Shown in pieces: positions 1-11,895 of a stretch of DNA of 64,000 nt (position 1 is its first letter; each line of letters opens with the position of its first letter). The stretch comes from Epiperipatus broadwayi. Taxonomy: Eukaryota; Animalia; Onychophora. Under the pieces are notes generated by a model. It saw only the letters and a list, made by a program, of their open reading frames with translations, searched no databases and was not told where the DNA came from. The position numbers were made by a program, and so were the translations under genes. Location: contig JAQFVV010000004.1 in assembly GCA_028023455.1 (NCBI GenBank), forward strand, positions 1,612,001 to 1,676,000. Direction: 5' to 3'.

Positions 1-400
1 CGCATAATTTTCTCTGTTTATATTTATCATATGCTAGATGGTGCACAAATATAGCACCCTGAAATAATGTCCATTGTTTTTTCAAGCTTACAATAGATAT
101 CTCTGAAATAAATGGATTTTCCAGAAACAAAATGTGTATTTATCTATCATGATGTCTTTAATTTAAACAAAAATTATTTTCTATAAAATTTGATAATACT
201 AAAATATTAAATGTCTTGAATATATTTCTTTTAATTTAGTCAAATATATATATTCTTTATTTTGTAAACAAATTTTAATATAAATATTGCCTGTGGATCT
301 TCTAGTAAAGTGCACTTTTATTTCACAGAACTTATATTAAATTTTTGTTTATGTATTTGCTTCTAATTTTTACTTGAACCATACTTTTAACATTTTTTAG

Positions 401-489
401 CTCTAGTGTCTGAAGCTACCCTAGCACTTCTCTGAGGAGTGCCAGAGCACGAAACCATGGTCAGAGGTTTGGGGGGGGTCCTGACAGAG
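401..489 (+). ncRNA. Type I hammerhead self-cleaving ribozyme, core intact, palindromic short stem III
   Basis: Core CTGAGGA at 432-438 (CUGANGA). Stem II GTGC 439-442 / GCAC 447-450 with loop CAGA. GAAA at 451-454. Stem III A454-T461, C455-G460, C456-G459 (palindrome ACCATGGT). Cleavage triplet GTC 460-462. Stem I ACTTCT 426-431 / AGAGGT 463-468, extended by ACCC 418-421 / GGGT 476-479 and CTC..TGTC 401-410 / GACAGAG 483-489. 50/89 nt are G+C in a very AT-rich background. Confidence 0.88.
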
Positions 490-1647
490 ATATTTTAAAT
501 GCTTTTTCTTGCTAAGCATTTTTCACAAAGCTTGTTGAGAAATTGGCAATCCTCATTATTTATAACTTACAAGCGTAAGAGAATAGGATCATGTGATCTA
601 TGACTCTTATTTTGACTATTTAAAACCTAATAAGGTTTTGCACAGAAAATTCAAATAAATCTTTTGAAAATGTATTTTCTATTTAAAAATATATTCTTAG
701 TGGTGGTTCAATTCTTTTAACCAGGAATTTTTGAAGAAATGATTTTCATTTGAAATTAATTTATAAAATTCAAAAGTTCATAAATGTGAATTTCCCTGGT
801 ATTGCTAGAATTTTCATTAAATGAAATGTAAAGAGTTATAGTCACATGTTTTCCAATCTTCTTATTGATGAATAAAAGTAAAATAAAGCAGTTTTTAAAT
901 AGCCCATTGAAGATAGAAGTCTCTCCAACAGTCTCTCATAGAGAAATAATAAAAGACATTATTTACAAAGCTTGCCAATTATTGTACAGTAAAGATTTGA
1001 AACGTTTCCACTTATTATTTCTCTATCTAAGAATAAATAAAGTAACAATTTACTGAAAAAAACTGGATGGTTATCTGGGTTGATAATAGAGTGACTATCT
1101 AAAAAAAATTCATATACCTGATTAGAATCTGAAAAAAAAAATTAATTATTATCCAGCCAAGATTTATATCAACACATAGAACAGAAATAGCATAATTATG
1201 CAGTTAACCCTGCATTATAAAGTTCATTAATGAATATGGCTATTTAAGTAATTATACAGTCATTTTCTCTGGAGGTCAAATGATTTTTGCACTAAACAAC
1301 AGGCTAATTGTCACATCTGAGTCCCCCCCCCCTCAATTAGTAATTAATTCAACAACTTATAATTTTTCATCCATACTATCCTAAATCATATAAGGTATGA
1401 TATTATTATATTCAAGGACTATTGATTGCCAGTTCTTGTACATTGTATATATATATATATTAAGAAATATTCAATTTGCTCCCTGTTTTAACAACCCATT
1501 ATTATAAGACTGAGAAAAATAGAGCTTGGATGCACGTTAAATGTAACTATTTTTTATTATTTTAAAAATATTATAAACCATCAGTCTACATAAAAATTAA
1601 TTATATTTATTATGTGTTTTTTTATCTTCTGTAATTATATTTTTTAG

Positions 1648-1769
1648 AAAGGTAATTTTATTCTAGATTTAAAAAATGAACTGAATGAAAATATGGAAAT
1701 GTTAAAGCATTTTTATCAAGAAAGAGAACATCTACTAAATCTTCCTAAAGAACATCCAGATTATGTCAT
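1648..1769 (+). CDS. Penultimate coding exon of an unidentified protein-coding gene (KGNFILDLKNELNENMEMLKHFYQEREHLLNLPKEHPDYV-)
   Basis: Pyrimidine tract plus AG at 1646-1647, 122-nt open frame, donor GTAAGA at 1770. The phase-2 end (AT) joins the G at 13641 to give ATG in frame. A second AG at 1665-1666 is a possible alternative acceptor. Confidence 0.7.
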
Positions 1770-3249
1770 GTAAGATCATTTATTTTAATAATGTCATATA
1801 TATATATAGATGCTAAATCACAATTGAGTAGGAATAGACATGAGGCTATCTTTAAAAAAAAAAAAGCCTGAGCCAAGATAGAAAACGCTACTGAGAAATT
1901 GAAAATAATTAGAGGAAAATCTTCAAATTTGTTCAATAAGAAAATAAGTATAGATAAAAGATTAAATGGGAATTATTATAAGAAAATTTAATAGATGCTA
2001 TATTTCTAATAGATTATGAAAGAGAGGGGGAAAATCCATTGGATTAGTTAGGCATGCAGTGTTACTAAGACCGATACCTCCATGTAAATTTTCATATGTA
2101 TCCAAACACTAATGCATTTAAGTTTGAAATAGATATAATCAGAAAAATTAAATCATTAACTGAATTAAAAAATAAGAATTTTTTTATCTTAATTATTCAA
2201 TCTATTCAAAGAAAATTATAATAATTTGCTATGAAAAAATAATTTCAATTTGTTTTAATATTGATAGCTTGGATCACCTGTAAAAAATATAAGTGCCAGA
2301 AGCTTACATATTAAAATACAATTCTTTTTTTGGGTATGAACATATGCAATAATGAAGTCATCATTTATTCATTCATTACACAAACACAAGAAAGATACAT
2401 GTGTGAAGTTTTCACTGACGATACTCATACACACATATATATAAATTAAGTGAAAGCAGTCAACACTTAAACAATAACAATCTGTTGTCAAGGTAATCTT
2501 TTAACAATAAAGGTGGAAATCCACCTGTATTTACAGTCTAATATGTTTATAAAGACCCTCAAGATTGCAACTTGACCACAAAGAATAAAATTATTGATAC
2601 ACAGAAATTTTAATAAACCTTATTAAACAAGTAAATTTTATCACGTTCTGAAAGCAGACTAACAAATAAATAGTCCATTATAACTTTCAAATTGCATTCA
2701 AACATTATATCATTTAAATAATACAGTTAATAATGTTCAAGGCTAGATAGATTTATAAATGTAAATTAGCTGAAAACGGTCAACATTTAAACAATATCAA
2801 TAACAATCAGTAATGCTCAACTTAATGTAAATTAATTAAGAACTGTCAACACTTAAACAATACCAATGTCAAAACAATCAACAATCTCAATTTGTTGTCA
2901 AGGCAAAATTGTTATTGTTTAAGTGAACATTTGATAAAAAAGATTGATTAAATGCTTATAAATATTTCAATAACTATTATATATGTATAGTATTTAAAAT
3001 TCACAATATGTATCTATATGTAGCATATGTAATTCATAGTTGTATATTTTTAAACTAAGAATAGATCAAAAAGAGATTTAATGTTGACTTTAAAACAACT
3101 CATTAATCAAATTAAATTAGATATACTTCACACATGCACAAAAGGCAAACTGGAGTAAAAAAAAATCAAATAGTTACTTTAAGGTTATGTAATATTCAGT
3201 GACAGGTTTAATTTTGAACCAGGAGTCTTAGTTCTCTAATTGTTTACTT

Positions 3250-3900
3250 TAACACTGTACTGTAATGGAAGAGGTTGGAATAGTACATCAATTTAAAAGG
3301 GTAAAAACATAGTTGCATAAGCACATAATCTTGATTATCACAAATATTATATAAAAAAGTAATTGATGACAAGAAAATATCATGATGAATAGGCTCTATA
3401 CTAATCTAATACAATAGCATTAAAAGAAAAGCAAGAACACAAAGAAAAAACAGAAGGAAATAACCTCTACTTAAATCAAAAATAATACCTAAACTTTGAC
3501 AAATTAGCATTAATCTATAAAGCACAAAACTTTTGAAAGAATAAAATCTTGTGGATCAGAAAAATGTTTTTTGTCATGCTGAGGACTATATAAAAAATTA
3601 AAATTAATATAATTCATCCAGGTTCTTTCACTTCGAATAATATAGCTTCTTTCAAAACTTCATCTAGAGGGATATTGATATAGATTCATTCTTTCATAAA
3701 TTGAGAGATAAATCTATTATTTCATATTGCTAGAGTGCATGAAACTATAATTACCATGCAATGAGAAGATTAAAACTAGTTATAACTACAGAAAATCATT
3801 ACAGTTCTGTATTAACTACCAATATAAAACAATTATGTAGTTAGAAAGTATGTTTTAGTGCTGATTTTATTCTGAAGATGATGGAAAACTTTTCTAGGGA
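3250..3900 (-). mobile_element. Decayed Penelope-like element reverse transcriptase fragment
   Basis: Minus strand reads IYINIPLDEVLKEA (~3640-3690; cf. PLE RT SLYTNIP), followed in order by an FSFN segment (~3420). Many stops and frameshifts. Confidence 0.45.
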
Positions 3901-4759
3901 AATGACTTTCAATAAGATGTGACAAGAACATCTGAAATGTATCACTTAAGTTTCTGAAATGTAATCTGTTATGCTTTGGAGTTAATAGTAGATAACAATC
4001 TGAAGATGATGGTGATATGTAGTCTAACCTGCCCTGATGTCCTAATAGAAGTTAATTCATGTTGCTCAAAAGTTATCCTAGATTATTGAAGTGAAGAAAT
4101 ATATAATGTGAGGAATCCAAAAAAAAAAAAAACCCCAAACTTGGAAGCTAAGAAACTAAAGCCTGAAATAAATAAATATTAAAAATTATTATATCTTTAA
4201 AAAGTTAACTAGTTAGTAAACTTAGAAATTATTTTCCATAGTGAAATGTTTTATTTGTTGTTGTTTTTAAGTATATAGATTTATCTCAGTTTTGAAATTA
4301 TGTTTGCAAGATATTTTTTAATTATTATTCATTAGATTATTTTTATACTGATTTGATTTATTTTTAATGTACATAACAGTAAAGTTAATTGTATGTGTTC
4401 GTTAGATATATGGCAACCCTCATATATTTTTATTTTATTTGTAAATAGTCGATGTAATATTTTTCTGACTCATCAGTTCAGGAATTTATTTTTGTTTATA
4501 TACGAGTAATTTTTTTATTACTTAAATTTTTCAATACATTTAGTGTCTGTGTTGTTTTTATTTAAGTCTTACTCATGATAATAATTATAAAACAAATATT
4601 CATAAAAGAGTATGGCCATTCCAATTCTTAAAAAAAAAAGACTATGCAAACCAATCTATGAAACACAAATATATCCACACATAAAGCATGCTGACCCTAG
4701 CCCATTTTCCTGTTTATTTGATATTTTACAATATTGACTTTTAGTTCCCTCAGCAGAAA

Positions 4760-7700
4760 ATTTTTTTTTATCTGAAATATTACAACATCATGTCTAATTG
4801 TACTTCTCCAATATATTCTATTCTTGGTCATATCTTGCCAATGGAAACAATTGATATTGCACTTCTTTTGAATGTCTTTGAGATAATCATTATAATGTAG
4901 ACAGAGTTTGGCTATTCTACTTAAACCACACTCAAGTTCACTGTAAAGCAGGGGTCCCCAACCTTTTTGCACTTAAGAGCACATTCTATAATACTGGCCA
5001 GGTGGCGGGCACCATTTATTTTTTCAAGGTAAATTTATAGTTGGACATTGTTAATAATACACATAATGTACAAAAAAATATTTATTTCAAAAATAAAATT
5101 TTAACATATAATTAACGTTTATATTTTTACGCTGTAAAAGTATAGTATGCACTACAATTTGATTACAATATAATACAATAATTTATAAGAAATTTTAAAA
5201 ATTAATTTTATTTGTATCAGATAAATAATTTATCATTTTCGGATAGTGGTGGGCACACATAAAATGGTCTGTGGGCGCCATGGTGCCTGTGGGCATAGGG
5301 TTGGGGAACCCCTGCTGTAAAGCAACCTTTTAGGGAGTCTTCTATTGTTCATTCATTTTACATTTTCAATCCAATAAAGATATGATTTTACAATAATGGA
5401 CTCAATAGTGGGTTTATGATCCTGCCAGTGCATTTTTAAAATTTTATATTACATCAATAGGGTGTCTGAATTTCAGTTCCATATAATAAATTAGATAGTA
5501 TAACAGCTCTATATAGAGTTAACTTAGTTGCAATAGTTATTTCCCTGAGATGAAATAAACTATCTTTTAAATTGTTAAAAGTATCACAGTACATGTTAGA
5601 TTCTGTGTTGGACCTCAACATCTAAGTTTATTTTCTATTTACAAAACTATCAAGATTTTTAAACTGATTTACATTCTCAAATTGATAATGATGGAAGATA
5701 AAAGTTGCTAAGGATTTTTCTTCCATCACTGGCTGATATAGAACTTAATTTTTTTGAATATTAATTAATAAACCAAAATCATTATGTGTTGCATTCAAAA
5801 TATTATGAACATTCAGTAAATTGTTTTCTGAACAGCAAAAATAGCACAATCATTAGCATACTTCAAATGCAGGGATCCAAGAAGATAAAGTTATTATTTT
5901 TGCTTTTAATCACTTCAAATTAAAAATTCCACTACCAAACCTGTATCAGATCTTGTTTTCTATTTTATTAAATCACCTATAAATAATTCCAAAGACCACT
6001 GTCATAAAAATTGAAAACATTGTTAGATGAAGTACACATCCTTGTTTAACACCAGTTTCAATTTCAAATGCCAGATCCTGCAGTAATAACAATTCCTCTC
6101 ATTCTATCATGTAGAAGCTGTATAATATGAATAAATTTTGATGGACAACTAAATAATTTCAAACAATGACATATATCTGTCATAATAACTGAATTAAATG
6201 CCTAGATTAAATCAATAAAAGAACCCTAAAAATCATTCCTTTGTTTCTGGACACTTTGCTTGCATTTCTTGACTCTCTAAAATCACTTTGAATCTCTGTT
6301 GGTCATTCATCTATAATTGGAAACAAACTATTTAAAAACATTATTAAAAATACTTTTGCTGTAGTGGATAATAATGATATATCACAATAATTAATGCAAT
6401 CTTGTCTACTTTTTAAAAAAATTGGAAACATAAAAACATTCTTAAGATTGGGTGAGACAATTCAAGATAGTCCTAATAAATTCCAACTGAAGCTCATATA
6501 CCACTACTATATTTTAAAACTTCTCCAGGCTTGCAGCCTATTTTCAAAATCACAAAGCTATTTTGATTTCATTAAGCTGGGTATCTTTGTCCAAATTTGA
6601 ATGAGTAGATAAAATGGAAGTATCATTAAATGTCATCTCAATTCTTGTATTATTATTCAAAAGATGGTTAAAATGTTTTATCCATCTGTTGAAAATATCA
6701 CTGTCATCATATAAAAGTCACTTCTGGATTTAACAAGGACTATGATACTGTTTGACAAATCCACTTATTGCTTTCAATGCATCAAAAAATCTAGAATGAC
6801 AATGAATATTTTCCTTCACTTTTAATCCACCAATCATTTTTAAGCCTTCTTGTCAGTCACTTCGGCTTTTAGATTTTTATTATGAAGTTCTACATTTAAT
6901 CTATTATTCTTCCAAGCAGAAAACACCATGTTCCTTTTAATTAAACCACTAATAATAAGATTATTGTCAGAAAATCAGTTATGATTCTTCTTTTTAATGA
7001 ACACAAAATTAGATTTACTTGAATCCATAAAACATTCGTTAAGAGAATTCCATGCTTTGGTAATATAATTCTGAAGATACAAATTAGCAATTTTAGAGAT
7101 TAGTAGCTGTTGAAATTTATATGTAATTATTTTAATCTTGAATCATACTAATCTGTGATCTATCCAACAATCTGAGTTTGTAAGAGTTTACATAATGTGA
7201 ACTTCTTTTGTATTCTGATTTCTAACTATAATTCAATGTATTAGATACTATTGTTTTGACTTTGGATGCATCCATGTCCCTTTACAATGATTTTTCTGCC
7301 TAAATAAAGTGTTTGTGAAAGTCAATCCATACGTTGTACATAAATTCAATAATAAACTATTTGGATTTACAGCACCAATGTCAGGTATTTCCAATAACTT
7401 TTGGTCAAAGTCTATTACATGTATCAACATATACATTAAGGTCTCCAAGAAGAAAAATTTGATATTTTAATGGTATTGCTTTGAATCTAAGATTAGAGCA
7501 TAAGCATTAATAAAATAAGCACTAGTATCATTGTGCTAGATGAGTTTTAAGATCATTAGCCTTTCATTGATACAATGAGTAATTCCAACAATAGAAGATA
7601 CTAAATTAGATTTTACAGCAAATCCAAATGCAGTCTTTTTCACTGTCTGACTTGCCTTTCAAAAAAAAAATTTGCATCCATCTATATCTATTTTAAATCT

Positions 7701-8000
7701 TAATAGTTCCTTAATGAAAAGTGCAGTCTCCATTCTTATCTTGAAGAGTTTTGTATCAAATCAAGTTGCACATTCCATGTAATTATATTTAGAAAATAAA
7801 AATAGATTTATAATACTTGCCTGTAGTACTATCACTCTCTTGCTTTACCATTACTATTGATATTATTACTATTCTTATTTCTACTGATCTGCCAGGCATG
7901 GAAACCTAGTCAGAAAGTGTGAGACAGGCCATTTATAGACCTCATTTTCTAGGCCCTCCCATTTCCATGATAGGCAGGGTGATTCTTAAATAGATCTACC
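4760..8000 (-). mobile_element. Decayed RTE-clade LINE (endonuclease, RT and C-terminal region), interrupted by a hAT MITE
   Basis: Endonuclease-end motif LLLNLCTTYGLTFTNTLFRQKNHCKGTWMHPKSK (ORF 7248-7448), RT motif AFEIETGVKQG (~6040-6075), LLYGTE (~5470), and C-terminal YNDYLKDIQKKCNINCFHWQDMTKNRIYWRSTI (ORF 4697-4972), in the expected order. Confidence 0.8.
4949..5314. mobile_element. hAT (Charlie-type) MITE, copy 1
   Basis: TIRs CAGGGGTCCCCAACC / GGTTGGGGAACCCCTG. Perfect 8-bp TSD CTGTAAAG (4941-4948, 5315-5322). Closely similar to 59481-59847. Confidence 0.93.
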
Positions 8001-8279
8001 TAAATAAACAATTTTTGTCAGCTGAAACTCCTGTCTCACTTAAATCCATTTCCAAACTAATATCTTACTCCTCCAAGCAAAGATCATAACTAAGGACTTC
8101 CAGCCTACTAAGGCTGTTCCTGTCAATGCTTAATTCTTAAGGCTTGAGCTAAAAAAAAAAAGGTAAGGAAAAAATTGGAGTCAGAAATGCTGTGAGTGAA
8201 GTTAAAGGATGAAAATGTTATAGCACAAAAAATATTTAATCCCATTGTGATTGAAAAAGATGGAGATAGAAAAGATTGT

Positions 8280-8460
8280 TTATATTGGAAACAGTACCTA
8301 GTCTATGACAAACCAATATTCTATCCTACAAAATACCAGCTTTTGATCGGGTACTGTTTATTTGTTATTCATAGTTGGTCTTTATATCTAAAAGTCATTC
8401 CACTATCCATCATTTATGGATCCTACCAATAGCTTGAGCACAGTACTCAATAAATATTAC
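8280..8460 (+). mobile_element. Small LINE RT fragment
   Basis: Reads KIPAFDRVLF (RT AFDRV motif). Short and degenerate. Confidence 0.3.
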
Positions 8461-8947
8461 TCATATACTTAATTAAATAGATTATCTATGATCATGTTTA
8501 TGCACTAGGCTGGGAATATGTTGGCATGTCATTGGAAAGAAATTAGAATATTATGCATGAAAGTCATAATTCACCATATGTAGTTTTTTATAAAAGTATT
8601 ACTCCAGAACCGCATTTGATATAACCTGATTATAAATGGAGCTATTAGATGATCTGACTCTTAGTCCAGAACTCATATATAGTTGTAAAGTGATGATGAT
8701 CAAGGAATATAACCCATATTTTTTAAATTTTTTTTGAAAGTCTGTATTCAAATCTTCTACTTTTACATCTAATTTCCAAGTATATTAAATTGTACTTATA
8801 TTGTAATATTACAAAATGCAAATATGATTTTATCATCATCATCTTTATTCAAATCATAAATTGAAATCTGAGTTTAGAATATGTTTGGTTAATAAAATAC
8901 TTAATAATCTTTTCATAACAATATATAAACAATGATTAAAGTAATAT

Positions 8948-9255
8948 ATTCATATTTTATTTTTTTACATAAAATGTCAAATCAATGTGTGGTATAAGAA
9001 GAAAACATACACTTTATAACTATACTCTATTCATTTTTTATTTGTTCATACTTCATACATGCTAGATTTTTATGTTATATAAAATGACATATATTCAATT
9101 ATCTGTAAATGAGCTATTATTCATATTTTATTCTTTTACATAAAATGTCACTCAATGTGTAGTATTATGAAGAAAACATACAATTCCATATAGCTTTACA
9201 TCTATACTCTATTCATTTTTGTTTATCTGTTCATACTTCATACTTGTTTAGAATA
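8948..9255. repeat. Diverged tandem duplication, ~170-bp unit
   Basis: Two copies of TATTCATATTTTATT..TACATAAAATGTCA..TCAATGTGT.GTAT..GAAGAAAACATACA..CTATACTCTATTCATTTTT..TGTTCATACTTCATAC start near 8948 and 9118. Confidence 0.8.
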
Positions 9256-11716
9256 TCTATAAATGGGCTAATAAATTTTATTTCTATGTCTATAAATAAA
9301 TCTCAACATGGCTCAAATCAAATTTAAGACTGAACTGACATTTACTCAGCATTTAGTAAATTTAAGCATAAAATTACAAGATAAGAAATTTGATTATATA
9401 TAGACTGTACAGCTAATGATATACACAAATAAATAGAAAATATAATATATATAATAGAATAAGAGAATGGTATTAAATAAATAGGCAAGAAAATAAAAGG
9501 AAGCAATAATAAAGAGAAATAATAATAATAATAAAAAAACTAACAGAATTAGACATTTAATAATAAATAGCTTTAAAGTCAAAGGGGCAGAAAAACAATG
9601 GATTTAGGAATAGACATTAGCATTGATTTTGTAGAGACAGTACAATGAAAATGATTTTACTTTTTTTAATGTTTTATCAGTCTATATTTATTTAAAATTT
9701 AATTAATATTTAACTTATATATTTGGTAGGATATTTAAAATGGCAGTACTAGAGCAAGAAAAGATATCTTAAGCCCATAGCAACATTCTTTTTTTCATTA
9801 GATGGAAGCAGTGATTTTCTGAAACTATTAGGAAAATCTGAAGATTGACAATATCTATGAATATATTTACACTATAGAGTAAGCAAATCATTTGGACATA
9901 TTTTCCAAGATATGGCAAAAATAAACCCTAAGTTTTAGAGCTGTTTCTTTTTTCAAAATCATAGAAGCTATGTATACAGCAAAAAGCAAAATTATTTTGA
10001 AGAATAATTGCATGCAATTTAAGATTGACATATATATATATATTTAGTAAAATTTTCTTCAAGTAGAGTTTAAAAAATACACTATTGAAAAATTAAAAAT
10101 CAAATTGAATTACTAGGCTTGGTTCTTTAACAACAAAAACTGTCATTTTCTCTAGTTTCATTTTGTGATTTAAATAAAGGACAGAAAGGATCTAGCAGAA
10201 AAGATGTTTGGTACGTTTTATTCTATTAATTAGTTTCAAAATCATTAATTTGTTTTCATAAAATGCAAAGTCTAATTCTGATATTCAGAATCTATTTTTA
10301 TTAATCTTTCCTATTAAGATAAATATTGTGAATTAACTACTATATCTTCATTAAATATACTATACCAGAACTCATTAAGCTTTACAAAACTATTGATGAT
10401 GATCTTTGTGCCATAAAATCTTTTGAGAAGTCATCAGTAGTCAGTTTAGTAAATGTTACTAGAGTTAAAGCTAGATCAGTTAAAATGAATATTGTTGAAA
10501 TTTTATTACTCAAAATTGATGCCAAATGCAGTTAATTTTCTTCATATTTGTTCTTTAGGAGTAATTATATTTTATCTTTGGGCTTCATTAATTTTTATTG
10601 TAGATCTTTTATGAATGGTTAAAATTCAGAATTTTTGACTAGCAAATTTATTGATTGGTTGATTCATTTGCTTCTTTGTGGAAATTAATATGGATTGACT
10701 TTCTCACTGGAATAATATATTGAGTTGATTATTTTATTTATATATGCTAGAAAATTTCAAGGTTACTTTGTGTTTTTTAAAAGCTATTTTAAGTTGTCTT
10801 TTAAATTTTTGAAAGTTATAATATAAAGCAATAAGTTTTTTGTTTTAATCAGGAGCAACCCCTTTTTTTAAACAAGCCTAATATGTAATTCCAATAAAAA
10901 TTGTGAAGAAAAATTCATTTATTTGTTAAATATTTTTTATTTCATTCTTTATCAGTTATATTAATATTTGTATAATAAACAGAGACTGCTAGGTAAATAT
11001 CAGAAATCATTTTTCTTCAATTTTATTTTTGGAATGTTTTTTTTCTATGATTTAATAATCATCATTATTAGTTTTTAAATGTCATTGGAATCTTTAAAAT
11101 GCTTTTTAAAAAGTTGCCATAATAATTGAATTGAAATAAATGACTTTTAAATCATAAAAGAACTATTTTAAAAATAAAACTGCAAACAAACAAACAAAAA
11201 AAAAAATTAAACTTATTTCTAGTCTTGTGATAAAGAATTATTATATAAATAAAATAATGGTGCTTCTTGTCTCCTTTTACTTTTTAATCTTTGATTTACT
11301 CTAAGAATTAACAGACCTATTACATCATTTATATATTATTTTATATATTAACTATATTTTTTAATATTATATATGTTATTAAAAATATATATACAGCTAA
11401 AATTATTTGTTCCAAGGCTTTTTCATATTAACGATTATTGTATATTCCAATAATTTTTCCTTATTTTTAAATTTACCTCATTCTCAAATATAAGAACATC
11501 ACATCTTTTTTTAAAACTTTTTTTTTTTACTGAATTAAGTTTTATATACATTAAAAAAAAAACAACAAATCCATCAATACATGGATTATTTACTGTAATT
11601 TTTGTCAAGGCATAATTCAAAAATTTAACTAAAACAGAAATAAAAATATACAAATAAAAAAAAACATATGTATATAACTCAGCATTTATTTTTTATAGCG
11701 TCTGTATACAATTGTA

Positions 11717-11895
11717 ATCACATTCATATCGGCATTTTCAAACCAAATTGTGCAAACGCTTTTTGCGAGTGTGGATTCCTTTTATTGCTGCATAAATTCT
11801 ATATCTTGTATGGGTCAGAGGGTATTCATTTATTATTTAACACTCGCAAAAAGCGTTTGCACAATTTGGTTTGAAAAAGCCGATATGAATGTGAT
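11717..11895. repeat. Near-perfect 56-bp inverted repeat with 67-nt spacer
   Basis: Arm 11717-11772 matches the reverse complement of 11840-11895 at 55/56 positions. A 13-nt direct repeat ATATGTATATAAC occurs at 11666-11678 and 11894-11906. Confidence 0.92.

Noticed and set aside
403-459. In-frame TGA read as selenocysteine (LVSEATLALLUGVPEHETM)
   Set aside because: No selenoprotein motif or SECIS seen. The TGA is part of the hammerhead CTGAGGA core.
426-466. Resemblance to U3 snoRNA (TTCTCTGA..GTG..AGAGCAC.GAAA.CCA) or an H/ACA snoRNA (AGAGCA, ACA)
   Set aside because: No U3 boxes A/A', B, C or D in the flanks and no two-hairpin H/ACA layout. The hammerhead fold explains every one of these bases.
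4450-4485. Minus-strand CTGATGA-GTCA-GAAA minimal hammerhead
   Set aside because: No G-C closing pair for stem II and no downstream strand complementary to stem I.
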